Shown here piece after piece: positions 1-10,080 of a DNA stretch of 64,000 nt. The position numbers were made by a program, and so were the translations under genes. Each line of letters opens with the position of its first letter. Within the stretch, counting starts at the first letter, position 1. The DNA lies in NCBI RefSeq assembly GCF_000143415.4, contig NW_003314409.1, positions 124,001-188,000 on the forward strand, in the 5' to 3' direction. Source of the stretch: Selaginella moellendorffii. Its lineage: Eukaryota > Plantae > Lycopodiophyta. A model generated the notes under the pieces. The model searched no databases. It saw nothing but the letters and a program-made list of their open reading frames with translations, and had not been told where the DNA came from.

Positions 1-640
1 AAGATGGAGTCCGAGATGGAGTCCAAGATGGAGTCCGAGATGGACCCGAGATGGAGTCCGAGATGGAGTCTGAGATGGACCCGAGATGAAGTCCGAGATG
101 GAGTCCGAGATGAACCCAAGATGGAGTCCGAGATGGACCCGAGATGGAGTCTGAGATGGAACTGAGACCGAGACTGAGACCGAAACTGAAACCGAGTCCA
201 AGTCCAAAACCGGGACTGAGACCAAGTCTGAGTCTAAGTCCGAGTTCGAGTCCAAATACTAATACAGGTTGTTGGGTGAAAGCCCAAAGCGATCATCCCC
301 CAAGGGGGGGGGGGGCTTGCATGGGGTTCCAAAAGTATAGTAGGGAGAGTGTGGAGCCTAATGGAGCCAATTTGGCTAGGAAAGGCCAATTTGGCCCAGG
401 AAGGCTGCACCCAGGTGTTGGGTGATGAGCTGACCACTGGGAAGTCCAAGACTAGAGTGAATATGGACCAACAAGTGGGTAGCTTGGTGAAGTGTTCAAG
501 AGCCGGCTTTAGTTCCCCCAGGAGATCGAATGATCGATGCTCTCAGTCCAAGTGTGGGTGGCACTACCTACTTGGATACCTGGCGTGGCTCAACGAAACT
601 TCGCTCTAAGCCTATAGCTAGAGCACCCAAAGGTGGAAGG
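1..640 (+). mobile_element. Older family-A LTR (host LTR, left part; begins before the window), interrupted at 640 by a younger element
   Basis: Diverged copy of the 641-2400 LTR (same minisatellite, GGGTGAAAGCCC/G-run motif and downstream sequence); it breaks off at GAAGG 636-640 and resumes at 8205. Confidence 0.9.
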
Positions 641-2400
641 TGTGAGACACAAAATCCCTAGGCCCCAAAGTGGAGCCGGAAGGGTGCCACGTGGTAGTGG
701 CCGAAGCGAAAGCCAAACGAGTGTAACACATTTGGGCCAAAAGCTCCGCCTTGAAAGGTTGAGAGCGGGAGTGGAACTCCTAACGAAGGGCTCGAGGAAT
801 GAGCACGAAATGAGCAATAAGCGAGGCTCCAAAAAGGACCAACACATGACACATGGTAGTGTCTGAGAAGGACCCGAGATGGAGTCCGAGGTGGAGTCCG
901 AAGTGGAGTCCGAGGTGGACCCGAGATGGACCCGAGATCGAGTCTGAGATGGACCCGAGATAGAGTCCGAGATGGACCGAGACGGAGTCCGAGATGGACC
1001 CGAAATGGAGTCCAAGATGGAGTCCGAGATGGACCCGAGATGGAGTCCGAGATCGAGTCCGAGATGGACCTGAGATGGAGTCCGAGATCGAGTCCGAGAT
1101 GGACCCGAGATGGAGTCCGAGATCGAGTCCGAGATGGACCCGAGATGGAGTCCGAGATGGACCCGAGATGGAGTCCGAGATGGACCCGAGATGGAGTCCG
1201 AGATGGACCCGCGATGGAGTCCGAGATGGAGTCCGAGATAGACCCGAGACCGAGACCGAGGCCGAGGCCGAAGCCGAGATTGAGACCGAGTCTGAGTCCG
1301 AAACCGGGACCGAGACCGAGTCCGAGTCCGAGTTCGAGCCCGAATCCAAGTCCGAATACTAATACAGGCAGTTGGGTGAAAGCCCAAAGCGATCGTCCCC
1401 CAGGGGGGGGGGGGGCTACGGGGGGTTCCAAAAGTATAGTAGGGAGAGTATAGGGGTTGGAGCCCAGTGGAGCCAATTTGGCCAGGAAAGGCCAGTTTGG
1501 CCCAGGAAGGGCCAGTTGGGCCCAGGAAGGCCAGACCCAGTGTTGGGTGATGAGCTGACCACTGGGAAGTCCAAGACTAGAGTGAACATGGACCGACAAG
1601 CGGGGTAGCTTGGTGAAGTGTTCAAGAGCCGGCTCTAGTTCCCCCGGGAGATCGACTGGCCGATGCTCCTAGTCCAAGTGTGGGTGGCACTACCTACTTG
1701 GATACCAGGCGTGGCTCAACGGAACCTCGCTCTAAGCCCATGGCTAGAGCACCCGAGGGCAGAAGGCGAGGAGAGTACCTAGGTGGCTCACGTAAGGCCA
1801 CGGTGTTCCGAAATGTTGTCCCAAAGGCCCAGACTGTGGAAAGGAAGAGGAGCAGTCCTCTGGGGTAGTGACCAAGGACACAGTCGTGTGGTGAGGAAGT
1901 CCCAGAGGACCATGGGACTTAGTGGTCGGGCCTGTGGGTCTCGATCCAGTGGCAGTGTTGGCAAACACGGCCAGGGGCAGAAAGGGACTTAGTGGGGACT
2001 GACAGAGGGATATTGGGGAAGGCTATTCCCCTTGTCGGTGGGCATCCTAAGGATGCTAAGGAGTGGATCTGAGATGACCACTCACGGATGGTTTGCCTAG
2101 TCTTGGAGAGCCAAGACTGTGATGCAAGTGGTATTGGACTACCAGTGTGGCAAAGGTGATTGGGCATGGCCTTAGCGTAACGGGCTGCTATGTCGGTGGT
2201 ACCTTTGAGTGTCAGTCATGGGATCGGACACGTGGAGCACTTGGACCAAGTGCAAATGTTGAGTGGCATGGATGCCATTCTCGGGGCTAGCAAGTCCCAA
2301 GTCCTGGATTGGACTTATGGAGGTTGTGAATGAGACTCCTCCAAGTGGTCGGAGGTGTGGTTAAGTGACTAAAGTAGAATGGAAAATTTAGTCGCTTACA
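641..2400 (+). repeat. 5' LTR (1760 bp)
   Basis: Starts TGTGAGACAC, ends GTCGCTTACA, followed by the PBS. Confidence 0.95.
870..1355. repeat. LTR-internal minisatellite of mixed GAGATGGAGTCC (12 bp) and GAGATGGACCC (11 bp) units grading into CCGAGT/CCGAGA hexamers; counterparts at 1-253, ~6677-7146 and (hexamer type) ~14281-14521
   Basis: Directly visible tandem units. Confidence 0.95.
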
Positions 2401-2403
2401 ATT

Positions 2404-2415
2404 TGGTATCGGAGC
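2404..2415 (+). promoter_or_regulatory. Primer binding site (tRNA-iMet type, one mismatch)
   Basis: TGGTATCGGAGC 3 nt after the LTR end; the canonical plant iMet PBS is TGGTATCAGAGC. Confidence 0.9.
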
Positions 2416-4880
2416 TGTTCCTTAGTCCGACTTTTATTGGTGCTCAAGTATATCATCACTTGTGTTGGCATCAGAAGGTCTAAGGAGTGGGCCTATCCTT
2501 GTGGAGTAGCAAGTCAGGAAGACATAGCTCTCTATTACAGTTCATGTGTGAACTTGTAAACAAGGTGGTGGATAGAAAAGGGCCAATAATGGAACGACTT
2601 TGGGATCTTGGGAACAGTGCAAGGTTTTCCTCATTGAGTTGAGGATGTGATCCAGATGAGCGTTTGACTTAGCAAACTGGCTAATATAGTTGTGGTAAAT
2701 AACTATAACTGGGATCACAGGAAAGATAGAGACTCCAAAACAATAAAGGAGTCACAAGGTTATCCTCATGTAGTTGAGGTTGGTGCTCATGAATGTGAGA
2801 CCAGGATTAATGACCGTGGGAGGTCAAATACGGAAGAGGACTCAAGTCCTTGAAATGGTAGCCGGGGCTACCTCTTATAAATGAGGGAACAACCCAAGGA
2901 GTTGGGGGTGTACTTAGAGGATGAGTTGGTATTCTCATCACATGGACAAGTGGTCCTAAGGGGCAAAAGGTTGCCCCAAGAGAACAAATCAAGTGTCGGA
3001 GGAACACTTGCAAAGATGGTCCTTGTGAGCAGGACTTGAATACAAGAAGTTGTATTCCAGCAAGTTGGCACCTCGAAGACCAAGACCTCGCAGGTCGTTG
3101 GATTAGCAAAGTCTAAAATGCTGTATGACTCAAGTGGAGTCAAGAAACGGTCCTAAGGGATTGGTTGAAGCATTTGGACTGAGGTGTATGGTGCCCCATG
3201 AGATATGGGGAGGAACATAAGATCCAAGTATGAGAACAGTAGGTATCTCATTGATGGCAGAATGTGCCATGCTAAAGTTGTGGGAAAGATGCTCCCAAAA
3301 GAAAGCAACTTTGGCCCAGAGTTGGGTGCAAACACTATGGTGCAATGCTAATGGATAAGTGGCATAAGAAACAACTATATTAGCCTTGGCGAGACCTAGA
3401 CACTAATAAGTAGTGTCTTAGAGGTAGGCTCGTGGAGCCGATGGTGTGGAGACACCAAATGTGCCAAGGTGTGATACCTTGAGGCTATGTTGGTGGGTTC
3501 ATGAGAACCCCTTGCCAAAGGAATCCCAATGGAAATGGGAATGGCATAGCCTAAGCTGCAGAGCATGCAGTTGGAGTGTGGTGACCCAGATAATGATGGA
3601 GGTGTGGAAGCACCAAGCAATGAGTTGTAAGACTTGACAACTATGAGGCAACTAAGCAAGAGGTGCAAAATAACTGGTTAAACGGGTAGAAGGTAGCTAC
3701 CCAAGACTTCTTAATAGCATAGGGAAGTTGGATATACCCTTACGGGGGATAAATTGCTTATGTTGCGATATAGTAAGTCAATGTCATAAAAGGAAATACT
3801 CATTGTCAAGAAAGCCATCATTGGGACACCCGAACACTCTAGAACACCAGAAGGTGGTGTTTGATGTCGCGAGGGCAATGGATAAGGCCCAAGGGACTAA
3901 GTCCCTAGCGAATGATGGATAGAAGGTGCTATCCAAATGTCCAAGGTTGCGGAGACAGGAGAGGACTGTCTACCCGAGTTGGACAAAGCCAAAAAATGGA
4001 ATTTTGGCAAGGCTAGTGATGGGCATGTAAAGGCCCATAAGCAACAATGTAATCCCAGTATGTGGGATTATAAGGTGAGCATACCCGGATTGAGGAACCA
4101 CTCCATGGGCTATTGGGTAGGTTCATCCCTAAGGATACTTGCTAAGGCATGATAGAAAGTGCAAAGCTATCCTCCTGGTCTGGAGGAGAATGACCGAAGG
4201 AAAGGTGTGAAGCCAAAAGCAAGAAGTAAGGGGATAGAACCGAACCACAGGAATCGAAGGGCATAACCAAGGTTGGTTATGCCAGCTGGGAGTGGAGAAT
4301 CAAGTGGGGGCTCGAGGGTGTTGCCGCTAGCAATCGTGATGCCCTGGAGAGTCTAAAATATGGAATTGTCCATGTTAGACTATGTGGCAATTGGAAAGCT
4401 TGCAAAAAGGGAGGCCTTAGCAAGCTAAGGGACAGAGTTCCTTCAAGGTTCCCGAAGACGATTCTAGGTAGCTTAGTACCTAGAAAGGCCAAGTGTAAAT
4501 GGTTCATAGAACGTGCGAAATCAGAGTGGCGCAGCAGAAGCGTGGTTTTGAAGCTTGCCATAAGGCAAGGATGTCAAGGTTAGGGAAGTAGTTCCCGAGT
4601 GTTCAAAGAGAGGGCTTTGAACGAAAGTCGATGACCAAGGACTTTCACGCTTATGTAGGAACCATGTTACAGTGGTCGGAGGACTTGCCAAGTGAGGTTG
4701 GCAAGTCGGGGGGAACAAATACCCTAGTTGAAGGTGATAACTTCAAAAAGGGTGGGCCATGGGGCCAAGCATGGAGGAGTCCATGCATGATCACAGGCTT
4801 GTCAAGTGAGAGGACTTGGCAGTGGGGAGGAACTAGGTTCCTAAGCTGTGATCTATAGCGCGCTTTAAGTATAAGTTGGT

Positions 4881-5290
4881 GCACCGGCGTGGGGAGTCAC
4901 GCCAGGCATCTTGTGTGATGCCATCCGTAGATGCATATACGGAGGTTGGGTTCGAGTCCCGACCCTCTAGTGCTTGGGTTCGAGTCCCAAATCACTAGGG
5001 CGTGGTGATGGTTTGGAATATGGGGACACTCATATTTCGGTGGTCATGGACTCTCAGTGGGGAGACTGGTTTGGGCACACCGCCAAGTGAGGGATGCCTC
5101 GGAGTCGTGATGCACGGTTAGATTGCTTAGTGTGGCTCAGCATATCTAACTTGAACACTTTGGTGCAAGTGGCACCAAGGACGTGGTGAATGAGATGGGG
5201 ACACCCAGTCTCAGTTGTTATGGACCCTTGGCCGGAAGGGCTGGCTTGGGCGCACCGCCAAGTGTGGGGGATGCCCCCGGGGTCGTAGTT
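4881..5290 (+). ncRNA. Candidate conserved structured RNA module in the element interior (tandem T-arm hairpins, GACA hairpin, four-way junction x2)
   Basis: Homologous module at ~16905-17108 in a divergent element, with stem-preserving substitutions; function unknown. Confidence 0.55.
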
Positions 5291-6255
5291 AACAAGTTAA
5301 AGGTCTGGAAGACCTAGTACCTATTGGCAAACCTGTTAAGGTGCCGAGGTGAGATCACTAGATGATCTTGTGGCTAAATGAGGACGCAGTCCTTGTTTGG
5401 GCTAAGGAATAAGGTTCCTAGTTCAAAGTGTTGATTTGAACTATTGATGATGGTGTGGCTTGGTCAAGGTGACCAAGTGGGTAAAGCACCTTAAGGAAAT
5501 GAGCTATGTCATTGCGATGGCATAGTGTGTCCAAGGAGAGTAGTCTCTAAAGAGACCTATGGGAGGGTCACAAAGTTGGGCCGTGGATAGAGCCCACTGC
5601 AGAAGATGCTAAAGAGACTTACTAGGGGTGAACACCCTAGTATTGGCAAAGCAGAGCCTTTGCTATGGAATCAAAAGAATACCTCAAGGAGGGAGGTAGA
5701 GATTCGGTGTTGCTTGGTGCAACAATCAACGGATAGGAGCAAAAGATGAGTGGCCAAGATAGGGCTGTGGAATCCCTTGGAAGGAATCCAAGTGGCAAAG
5801 TTAGGCGAGGAACACTAATGTGTTGGACGCTAACAAATTGCGGGAAAGGAAGTGTGTTTCCAAGGATGGATTCCGAATTGCTCCGATTTGGCGAAAGTGG
5901 AAGCTCCAAGGGAGGGAGCGGTAAGGTAGCCAAATGATAGGGCCATGGACAGCCCTAGCACAAAGTATGATAAATGGAACTTAGTGCCTAAGGTGGCATG
6001 AAATAGAAAAGAGGATGATGGTGCCCTCAAGTAAAGAACTTCCTAAGATGGGGAAGTGGAGTTGCACAAAAAGTGCAATGCAAGGTGTTGGAGACACCTA
6101 GGAAATTGAAACTACTCGAGAAGGAGTAGTGGGATTGACTTAGAGAAGGGTCTCTAAGAGGTTTAGCGAGAACTAAACCAATAAAAGGAGGGAACCACTA
6201 CATGTGGTCCAATCAGTCTCTAAGTTGGAGAGACTACCCTCCTTAGAGGATGGGC

Positions 6256-6345
6256 AAGGCATGGTGAGCCTTTGGTGTCAAACCATTGACGAATATGTAG
6301 AAGGCATGGTGAGCCTTCAATGTCAGACCATTGACAAATATTGGC
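6256..6345 (+). repeat. ~45-bp tandem duplication (AAGGCATGGTGAGCCTT...CCATTGAC x2)
   Basis: Directly visible. Confidence 0.85.
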
Positions 6346-6431
6346 TAGATGCCAAGGATGGAAATGGTAACACATGAGGGTGCTACTTTATAAAATGGTT
6401 TACCGTTCGATGAGGACATCGAACTTCGTCT

Positions 6432-6445
6432 ATGGGTGGTGGAGT
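6432..6445 (+). promoter_or_regulatory. Polypurine tract
   Basis: ATGGGTGGTGGAGT abuts the 3' LTR; identical tract at 17164-17177. Confidence 0.85.
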
Positions 6446-8199
6446 TGTGAGACACAAAATCCCTAGGCCCCAAAGTGGAGCCGGAAGGGTGCCACGTGGT
6501 AGTGGCCGAAGCGAAAGCCAAACGAGTGTAACACATTTGGGCCAAAAGCTCCGCCTTGAAAGGTCGAGAGCGGGAGTGGAACTCCTAACGAAGGGCTCGA
6601 GGAATGAGCACGAAATGAGCAATAAGCGAGGCTCCAAAAAGGACCAACACATGACACATGGTAGTGTCCGAGAAGGACCCGAGATGGAGTCCGAGGTGGA
6701 GTCCGAAGTGGAGTCCGAGGTGGACCCGAGATGGACCCGAGATAGAGTCCGAGATGGACCCGAGATAGAGTCCGAGATGGACCGAGACGGAGTCCGAGAT
6801 GGACCGAGACGGAGTTCGAGATGGACCCGAAATGGAGTCCGAGATGGACCCGAAATGGAGTCCGAGATGGAGTCCGAGATGGACCCGAGATGGAGTCCGA
6901 GATCGAGTCCGAGATGGACCCGAGATGGAGTCCGAGATCGAGTCCGAGATGGACCCGAGATGGAGTCCGAGATGGACCCGAGATGGAGTCCGAGATGGAC
7001 CCGAGATGGAGTCCGAGATGGAGTCCGAGATGGACCCGAGACCGAGACCGAGGCCGAGGCCGAAGCCGAGACCGAGACCGAGTCCGAGTCCGAAACCGGG
7101 ACCGAGACCGAGTCCGAGTCCGAGTTCGAGCCCGAGTCCGAGTCCGAATACTAATACAGGCAGTTGGGTGAAAGCCCAAAGCGATCGTCCCCCAGGGGGG
7201 GGGGGGGGGGGGGGCTGCGGGGGGTTCCAAAAGTATAGTAGGTAGAGTATGGGGGTTGGAGCCCAGTGGAGCCAGTTTGGCCAGGAAAGGCCAGTTTGGC
7301 CCAAGAAGGGCCAGTTGGGCCCAGGAAGGCCAGACCCAGTGTTGGGTGATGAGCTGACCACTGGGAAGTCCAAGACTAGAGTGAACATGGACCGACAAGC
7401 GGGGTAGCTTGGTGAAGTGTTCAAGAGCCGGCTCTAGTTCCCCCGGGAGATCGACTGGCCGATGCTCCCAGTCCAAGTGTGGGTGGCACTACCTACTTGG
7501 ATACCAGGCGTGGCTCAACGGAACCTCGCTCTAAGCCCATGGCTAGAGCACCCGAGGGCAGAAGGCGAGGAGAGTACCCAGGTGGCTCGCGTAAGGCCAC
7601 GGTGTTCCGAAATGTTGTCCCAAAGGCCCAGACTATGGAAAGGAAGAGGAGCAGTCCTCTGGGGTAGTGACCAAGGACACAGTCGTGTGGTGAGGAAGTC
7701 CCAGAGGACCATGGGACTTAGTGGTCGGGCCTGTGGGTCTTGATCCAGTGGCAGTGTTGGCAAACACGGCCAGGGGCAGAAAGGGACTTAGTGGGGACTG
7801 ACAGAGGGATATTGGGGAAGGCTATTCCCCTTGTCGGTGGGCATCCTAAGGATGCTAAGGAGTGGATCTGAGATGACCACTCACGGATGGTTTGCCTAGT
7901 CTTGGAGAGCCAAGACTGTGATGCAAGTGGTATTGGACTACCAGTGTGGCAAAGGTGATTGGGCATGGCCTTAGCGTAACGGGCTGCTATGTCGGTGGTA
8001 CCTTTGAGTGTTAGTCATGGGATCGGACACGTGGAGCACTTGGACCAAGTGCAAATGTTGAGTGGCATGGATGCCATTCTCGGGGCTAGCAAGTCCCAAG
8101 TCCTGGATTGGACTTATGGAGGTTGTGAATGAGACTCCTCCAAGTGGTCGGAGGTGTGGTTAAGTGACTAAAGTAGAATGGAAAATTTAGTCGCTTACA
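6446..8199 (+). repeat. 3' LTR (1754 bp)
   Basis: Same termini as the 5' LTR; followed by TSD GAAGG. Confidence 0.95.
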
Positions 8200-8204
8200 G
8201 AAGG

Positions 8205-8840
8205 CAGGGAGAGTACTCATAAGGCTCGCGTAGGGCCACGGTGTTCCAAAATGTTGTCCCAAAGGCCCAGACAATGGAAAGGAAGAGGAGTAATCCTTTG
8301 GTGTAGTGACCAAGGATACAGTTGTGTGGTGAGGAAGTCCCAAAGGACTATGGGACTTAGTGGTTGGGCTTGTGGGCCTTGATCCAGTGGCAGTGTTAGC
8401 AAACACGGCCATGGGAAGAAAAGGGACTTGATGGGGACCAGAAAAAGGATATTGGGGAAGGCTATTCCCTATGTCTGCAAGCATCCTAAGGATGCTAAGG
8501 AGTGGATCTGGGATGATCATTCATAAACGGATAGCCTAGTCTTTGAGAAATGGGACTGTGATGTAGGTGGTGTCAGACCACCAGTGTGACCAAGGTGAAC
8601 GGACATGGCCTTAGTGTAATGGGTTGATATGTTGGTGGTACCTTAGGGTGTCGGTCATGGGATCGGACACGTGGAGCACTTGGACCAAGTGCAATGGTTG
8701 AGTGGCATGAATGCCATTCTTGGGGCTAGCAAGTCCCTAAATCCAAAATAAGACTTACGGAAGTTGTGAGTGAGACTCCTCTAAGTGGTCGGAGGTGTGG
8801 TTAAGTGACTAGAGTAGAATGGAAAATTTAGTGGTTTACA
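8205..8840 (+). mobile_element. Older family-A LTR (host LTR, right part)
   Basis: Continues the homology from 640 and ends GGAAAATTTAGTGGTTTACA; no PBS follows, so it is a 3' or solo LTR. Confidence 0.9.
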
Positions 8841-10080
8841 GTATCATATGTTAGTCCTTTTGTGTCCATTTTCTAAAAACTCACTTACTACTTGCTTTGT
8901 GCTCATTCTTCGAGCACTTTGTTAGGAGTCCCCCTCTGTCGCGCATGTGACTTCGGGTATCGAAAGTTACCTGTCGACTAGTCCTTACGGACACTCTTAC
9001 CTTACTGCCACGATGGCAGGAGGTCAGTATTGCTGGACCCTTTGTCAGCCCCTCTTGTTCAAGTGTTAGTAAACTGGACTTTGCATCTGTACTTGGCCGG
9101 ATGAGCATAAGGACGGAATTCCTAAGTGTCTATTCAGCCAAGCATACTTGGCCTGGCTTTTTAGTTCTCTTTTGCTCTGTTTTGCACTGGCTTGACAAGA
9201 ACCCTCGCATATTGAGATTAGTCCCTCAATATCGCTACATGATAGCTTACCGTGTCTGCCAAACACCCTCGCTATCATGCCCTTTGTGTTAGTCTCATTT
9301 CGGTCCCAAATGCTATTTATGGAAAGTGTCCAGATTTGCTCATTTGGCATATCTACGGAATGTAGAGATCGGCCTGAACACAATGGTGTTCGTCCCGTGT
9401 TCAAATTCGCAATCTAGGGACATTCCATATTTAGTAAGTTTCGAGCTTGTCCCAGAGACTAACTCCTGATACTAAGGGAGGCTTGGGGTGAAAGCCCAAA
9501 GCATGTGTTCCTCAAGGGGGGGGGGGGGGGGGGGGGCTATAGGGGGTTCCAAATGTATAGTAAGGATAGTGGGTAGGTTGGGCATGGCCGACCAACCTGA
9601 GACATAGTCTAGCTCCCGCTTGCGTGCCTGTCCTTGTTTTGCGTCCGGCTTGGGTCTAAGCCCAAGTTCCATTCCATGCTAGTTGGTGGAGTACCCATAT
9701 CCTCACGTTAGGCCACCGGTATACCGAAATAGCGCCAGACTCCGTTTGGCTCCGTTTTGCGTGCTGGTCCTGGCATTGGGATGCTGGTTGCTCTAGGACT
9801 GTTCCAAGTTGCTCCGGGCTCCTGTCCCTTCGCTCCTTGGGCTTCATGCTCGGGAGTTGGTCCGTGGTTCGGTTCCATCACTCCTTGGCTCCATGCTTGG
9901 GAGTTTGGCACCGTTCCTTTGTTCAGTGGCCCAAGGCCCTGAACCTCGGGTTCCTATGGACACGTGGCATGTGACACGTGGCATTTGTCACGTGGCACAA
10001 AGAGGGTTTAGGTTCCGCTTCGTGGTGTTATCCTATGGTAAATCACCATAGGATAAAGGGTCAAAACCACGTGCGCTACA
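8841..10080 (+). mobile_element. Family-B 5' LTR (left boundary uncertain)
   Basis: Shares the GGGTGAAAGCCC/G21/GGGGGTTCCAAATGTATAGTA motif; ends CTACA followed by PBS TGGTATCAGAG (10083-10093). Confidence 0.75.

Larger units (their letters stand above)
641..8199 (+). mobile_element. Structurally complete, non-autonomous (LARD-like) LTR retrotransposon, family A
   Basis: Near-identical LTRs with TG...CA ends, 5-bp TSD GAAGG (636-640 and 8200-8204), iMet-type PBS, PPT; the ~4 kb interior has no long ORF and no gag/pol motif I could recognise. Confidence 0.95.

Noticed and set aside
870-1355. CRISPR-like appearance of the repeat array
   Set aside because: No unique spacers, units too short, eukaryotic LTR context, no cas genes.
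590-1599. Long ORFs on both strands across the LTR minisatellite (also 6432-7476)
   Set aside because: Stop-free by-products of 11/12-bp repeats, with low-complexity translations in several frames.
4881-4990. Bona fide tRNA gene
   Set aside because: T-arm present, but no 7-bp acceptor stem, D-arm/A-box or 7-nt anticodon loop in the right geometry; reported only as tRNA-like.
5076-5084. CACACCGCC identical to part of the universal SSU rRNA 3' motif
   Set aside because: Only 9 nt and not kept exactly in the other two copies; chance is sufficient.
641-8199. Retrozyme (hammerhead-containing LTR element)
   Set aside because: I found no CTGANGA...GAAA core with flanking helices by eye, and the element is much larger than typical retrozymes.
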